A stretch of DNA of 64,000 nucleotides, from positions 69,812,001 through 69,876,000 of the forward strand of contig NC_043000.1 of the NCBI RefSeq assembly GCF_006345805.1, given 5' to 3'. This DNA is from Octopus sinensis (Eukaryota). A program made the translations under genes and the position numbers. Below the pieces are notes generated by a model. It was not told where the DNA came from. It did not search any database and saw only the letters and a program-made list of their open reading frames with translations. The stretch's first letter is position 1, and every line of letters starts with the position of its first letter. Of this stretch, positions 59,370 to 64,000 are shown one piece after another.

Positions 59370-61555
59370 ACCAAAAATTCCGAATGAACACACAAAGCAC
59401 ATAGACCCCGAAATAATAAACCTATCTAAAGGAGAACTTAACAAAAATGAAAGGGACCTACTACTAAAAGGCCTCAAATTTACACCCACACCCACTCCAA
59501 ATCTCATAGAACTAAAAACTGATATAGATAACTTCAGCCGCCGCCTCCGCCTTATGGAATTCACCTAGATGCATACATAGAGACAATCTCCAAATTCCTT
59601 CTCAACACACACAAATGCAAACAGAACCTCCGCAGAGGAGAAAAACAAGCCTTACAAAAACTAAAAAATGACAAGTCGATCATTATAAAAGAAGCTGACA
59701 AAGGTGGAGCAATAGTAATTATGGATACAGATTACTACAAAGTAAAGATACGGGAGTTGCTTAACAACCAGACATACTATAAAGAGGAACCAACACCACC
59801 GGAGAAAGTAACAATTAAAAAAATTAGAACATTAGTCAATGAATACCAGGACTCCTTTACAGATAAGGAGAAAGACTATGCAACTCACGAACCAAAGATA
59901 GCAACTTTTATGGATTAGCTAAAATTCATAAAAGCTCTGAAATACAGAGAGCCATAAAGGAACAGAGGAACCACTATATAAGAATACAAAGGCCCGCAGA
60001 CCTCACAATGAGACCAAAAGTGGCAGAGCCCCTGGCGCCAACACAACAACTAAGCCACTTCATAGATGTACTCCTTAAACCTTTATGCCCACAGATACCA
60101 AGCTACATAAGGGATGACATAGACTTCCTCACACACATTCCAAATACAGTTCCGAAAAACGCCATACTTGTAAGCTTCGATGTCACAAACTATTACACGA
60201 ACATACCACACACCCTAGATCTGGAAGCGATAAAACAATCGGTAGAAAAATACAGGGAACTCATAGATAAACGTTTCAAGACAGAATTTATCACCCAAGC
60301 CACCCAATTAATACCCGAAGAAAATACATTCTCATTCAACAACAAGATATACCGACAGATAAAAGGCACGGCTATGGGTACAAAATTCTCACCTTCATAT
60401 GCCAACCTAGTGATGGGTTTCTTTGAGAAGAAACTATACCATGAAATAGGAAAGGTTTTCGAACACGACTTCAGAGAAGACATCAAGCAAAGTGGAAACG
60501 CTACCTCGATGACTGCTTCATCTTTTGGAACAGTCAGAAGAAAATCTACGAACATTCCACAACATCCTCAACACACTGCACCCATCTATTAACTTCACAA
60601 TAAATACCAGCCACAACGAACTTCCCTTCCTAGACATCAACATCAAGATACACAACTCCATCATCACAACAGACATCCACTACAAAAAAAACGACACACG
60701 CCAATATTTAAATTTCTACTTCTGCCACCCATGCCACATAAAAAGAAACATCCCGTATAGTATGGCAACATGCATATGCAGCATAGTAACTGACTCACAA
60801 ACACGCCAAATAAAACTAGATGAACTTAAAAACTTCCTACTAGAACAAAAATACCCCCTTAAACTAATAAAAAAATGGAATCTCAAGAGCAATGAAACTA
60901 GACATCGCACAACTCAGAACCCCAAAACGAAAAACAAAGAAAACATCATCCCTTTCATAAACACACACAACTCTGGAGTTACCAACATGTTTCAAATCAT
61001 TCATTCAAACCTACCAATAGTCCTACAAAGCCCCAAAATAGAAAACATATTAAACAAATATTGCATAAAAACAGTAGACGACAAGACAAAAACCTGAAGA
61101 AACAACTAACAAGAGCGAAATTCTCATCAGAAACTAAAACTGCATTCTTTGTAAAAGAGTGCGGAGATGGTAGATGTGGGATCTGCAGTAACCCCACCTA
61201 CAAATATATAGAGGGAAACAAACAAATGAAATTTAAAAGTGGTCACACATTCAAAGTAAATGTAGATATGAACTGAAAGACGCAGAACGTAATATACTAC
61301 ATAACCTGCCCCACATTCAAGGAGGATTATATAGGTGAAACTGAAAATTCTTTATGCCAACGAGCCAGAATTCCCCGACAACATGTCCGACAGGAAGAAC
61401 TGCGCAAGATACCACTGAGTAAACACCTAGATACATGTGGAGAAGGAAAATTTATGATCTTTCCCTTCTACAATGTTCAAAGAATGACACCTCCTTCAGG
61501 AGGAATATGGAAAAATACTTCATAACTAAGTTCTCCCCAAAATTGAATGCCTGAA
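59370..61555 (+). mobile_element. PLE family P2, decayed RT + GIY-YIG
   Basis: NLS..EL...E..LL.KGLKF.PTP, ADKGGAIVIMD, VSFDV...YTNIPH, GTAMGT.F.PSYANL.MG, KRYLDD (frameshifted), CGDGRCGIC, VIYYITC....DYIGET. Confidence 0.9.
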
Positions 61556-61849
61556 ATTATTTCTATAATAAGTTGTACTAGATGAAGGACCAAATTTGTA
61601 ATGTAAATTGTATTAAACACACACACACACAGCACTACACATGTGTATATATACATAAAAACAATCTTTAATCCATATTCTCCATCCCATGTAAGCACAG
61701 GAATCAAACATTGGATTGAAAGAACTGAATAGTGGTATAATATCAACACAATTATTTCTTCTTCCCCTTTTTCTTCTTTCTTCCCTTCTCCAGCAACACC
61801 CCTTCCAGATTCACACACACACACACACGCACACACACATTCACAAAAC

Positions 61850-62720
61850 ATTAATAAAAAGAAATCCAGACAATTTTTTGAGAAGTGACATTTACTCCCC
61901 CCCCCTTGAAGTAGCCAATTTCTAAAAGCCAAAAATCATTTACAGTTGCAAAAATATAAACATTTTTCCCCATTTAACACTCCTTTCAGATACGCAGACC
62001 CCCCCCCCCACACACACACGCACGCACATACACAAACACACTCTCACAAGACAATGATAAAAAGGAAATCCAGACAATTTTTTGAAAAGTGACATTTGAC
62101 CATAGCTAAAAGCCAAGGACTGATTGTTATTGACAACTTGACCATTCCTCCTTAACACTCCTTTAAGATACAAAAACACAAACACACACACGTACGCACA
62201 CACGCGCGCACACATATATAAACACACACTCTCTCACAAGACAATGATAAAAAGGAAGTACAAACAATTTATTGAAAAGTGACATTTTGTTCCCCTTTGA
62301 GTAAACACGGGGATTTACAATCACTAAAAGCCAAGAATTATTATTGACAAACCTACCAACTGCAAAGATATCAACGAATTTTCTCTCCTTCTTCCTCCTT
62401 TCCTTCTTTCTCTTTAATATCCCTTTCAGATACAAACACACACACACACGCACACACACACACACACACACACGCACACACACACACACATACATACACA
62501 TACACTCTCTCATAAGACAATGATAAAAAAGAAATCCAGACAATTTTTTGAAAAGTGACATTTTGCTCCCCTTGAAGTAAACAGTCTATTACTATTGCCA
62601 ACCTGACCAGCTAAAAAGAAATCAACAAAACTTTTTTTCTTCTTTCTCCCCTTTTCTTCTTTTTCTTCATTTTTTTTAACATCCCTTTCAGATACAAAAA
62701 CACACGCACACATACACACA
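61850..62720. repeat. Imperfect tandem repeat, 4 units of ~190-280 bp with (CA)n
   Basis: aaaag(g)aaatccagacaattttttgaaaagtgacattt-like strings at ~61857, 62060, 62250 and 62527. Confidence 0.75.
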
Positions 62721-63021
62721 CACACGCACACGCACACACACACACATGCTCTCTCTCACTTTCTCCCCATTCATGTACTATATCTCTCCCCACCACTACA
62801 CACTCAATAACACTATAAAAAGAGTGGAACTTTCTGCAAGAACTTAGTTCAATTTGACAACTCCACTTGAATGGATGAAAGCGCTAATATATGATATATG
62901 ATATATGATGTATAAAAACATGTGATATACAAATAAATATCTGTAAATATAAAACCATCCGAATTTCTGAGTACCTCATTTCTTCTAATATAAAATACCT
63001 GTACATCATCTCCAAACCTTC

Positions 63022-63084
<63 letters not shown>

Positions 63085-63096
63085 TATATATATTAT

Positions 63097-63139
<43 letters not shown>

Positions 63140-64000
63140 ATATTTCGGAATGGTCATATTGCCAGTTTAGCCAATAAAAACACACGCACTATATTTGGTG
63201 TTATTTTGCTTCAGTGATATTTATTTTTTACATTAATCTTAATCTTATTTCGGCCAGAGTTCTTTCGTCACACTCCTGTGACCGCATCAGTGGTCCTTTG
63301 TTTTCTTCTCACTTATTTGTGTCTCTCCTTACTAACCGTCAGCCATTTTGTATTTCTATTGTATGTCTTCATTTGCGCATGCTTATATCTCTATGTGCGT
63401 CTATGTTTATTTAGTGTGTGTGGGGGAGGGATGCCTGTAATATTTGTATCTTCTGGTTATATACATTCTTGTAATTTGTATTTTGTTTTTGTTGTTGTTG
63501 CTTTTGTTCTAATTTTGTTCATGTGTTTACATCCACCCATTATTATCATTACATATGCTTGTATGTATGTATAACAACAATATTAGTAATAATAATAATA
63601 AATCTAATCGAAAAAAAAAAAATATATATATATATACACACATATATACACATATACACACACATATATATATACACACACACATACATAGATATATATA
63701 CATATACATAGTTATTCATATCTATTTCTTTACTTATCTGTGTATTTATTATGCTTGCAGGATCCACTATCGTCATATGTTGTGGTGTGTGCTATTGCTC
63801 CATTCTAGTTTTCTATTCAGGCTAGGTTTATTTTCTATTATATGTGTAGCTTCTGTAATTTGTCTAATTGTTGCATCTGTTCTATGTGTGGACAATATCT
63901 TAATCTCTATGTTATTGATTGATCCCCCGTGTTCCTGTTCGGCGTGTTGGTACAGAATCGATGAATCTTACCTTACCATAAAGAAAGGATCAGAGTATAC

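Noticed and set aside
61274-61276. TGA at a conserved Cys position of the P2 endonuclease (selenocysteine?)
   Set aside because: This copy has many other disablements and I see no SECIS; a point mutation is simpler. Only conservation of the TGA across copies would revive the idea.

Overview
Eukaryotic, repeat-saturated window with no recognisable host gene. The SINE and LINE families suggest an octopod cephalopod (inference, not database-checked). Contents: a stack of R4/Dong-type RLE LINEs between (TAA)n tracts (11.4-25.2 kb), a near full-length CR1-type LINE, a deleted mariner, Tx1-like fragments, tRNA-derived SINEs, a non-autonomous Helitron, and at least four Penelope-like element (PLE) families. 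The main hidden signal is RNA-level. I count at least seven unrelated hammerhead-ribozyme (HHR) motif families, read by eye. They include one HHR in every unit of the ~558-bp satellite at 1-4370, a textbook HHR in a ~457-bp tandem/inverted repeat, a core-variant (A6U) HHR in a PLE pseudo-LTR, and an HHR-tailed element with a tRNA-like Pol III head. Many of these repeats share one architecture: tandem units plus an inverted stub, with the HHR-sense 3' end abutting (TA)n. This points to a set of PLE-mobilised, retrozyme-like non-coding retroelements. All folds are manual and untested; boundaries marked ~ are approximate.
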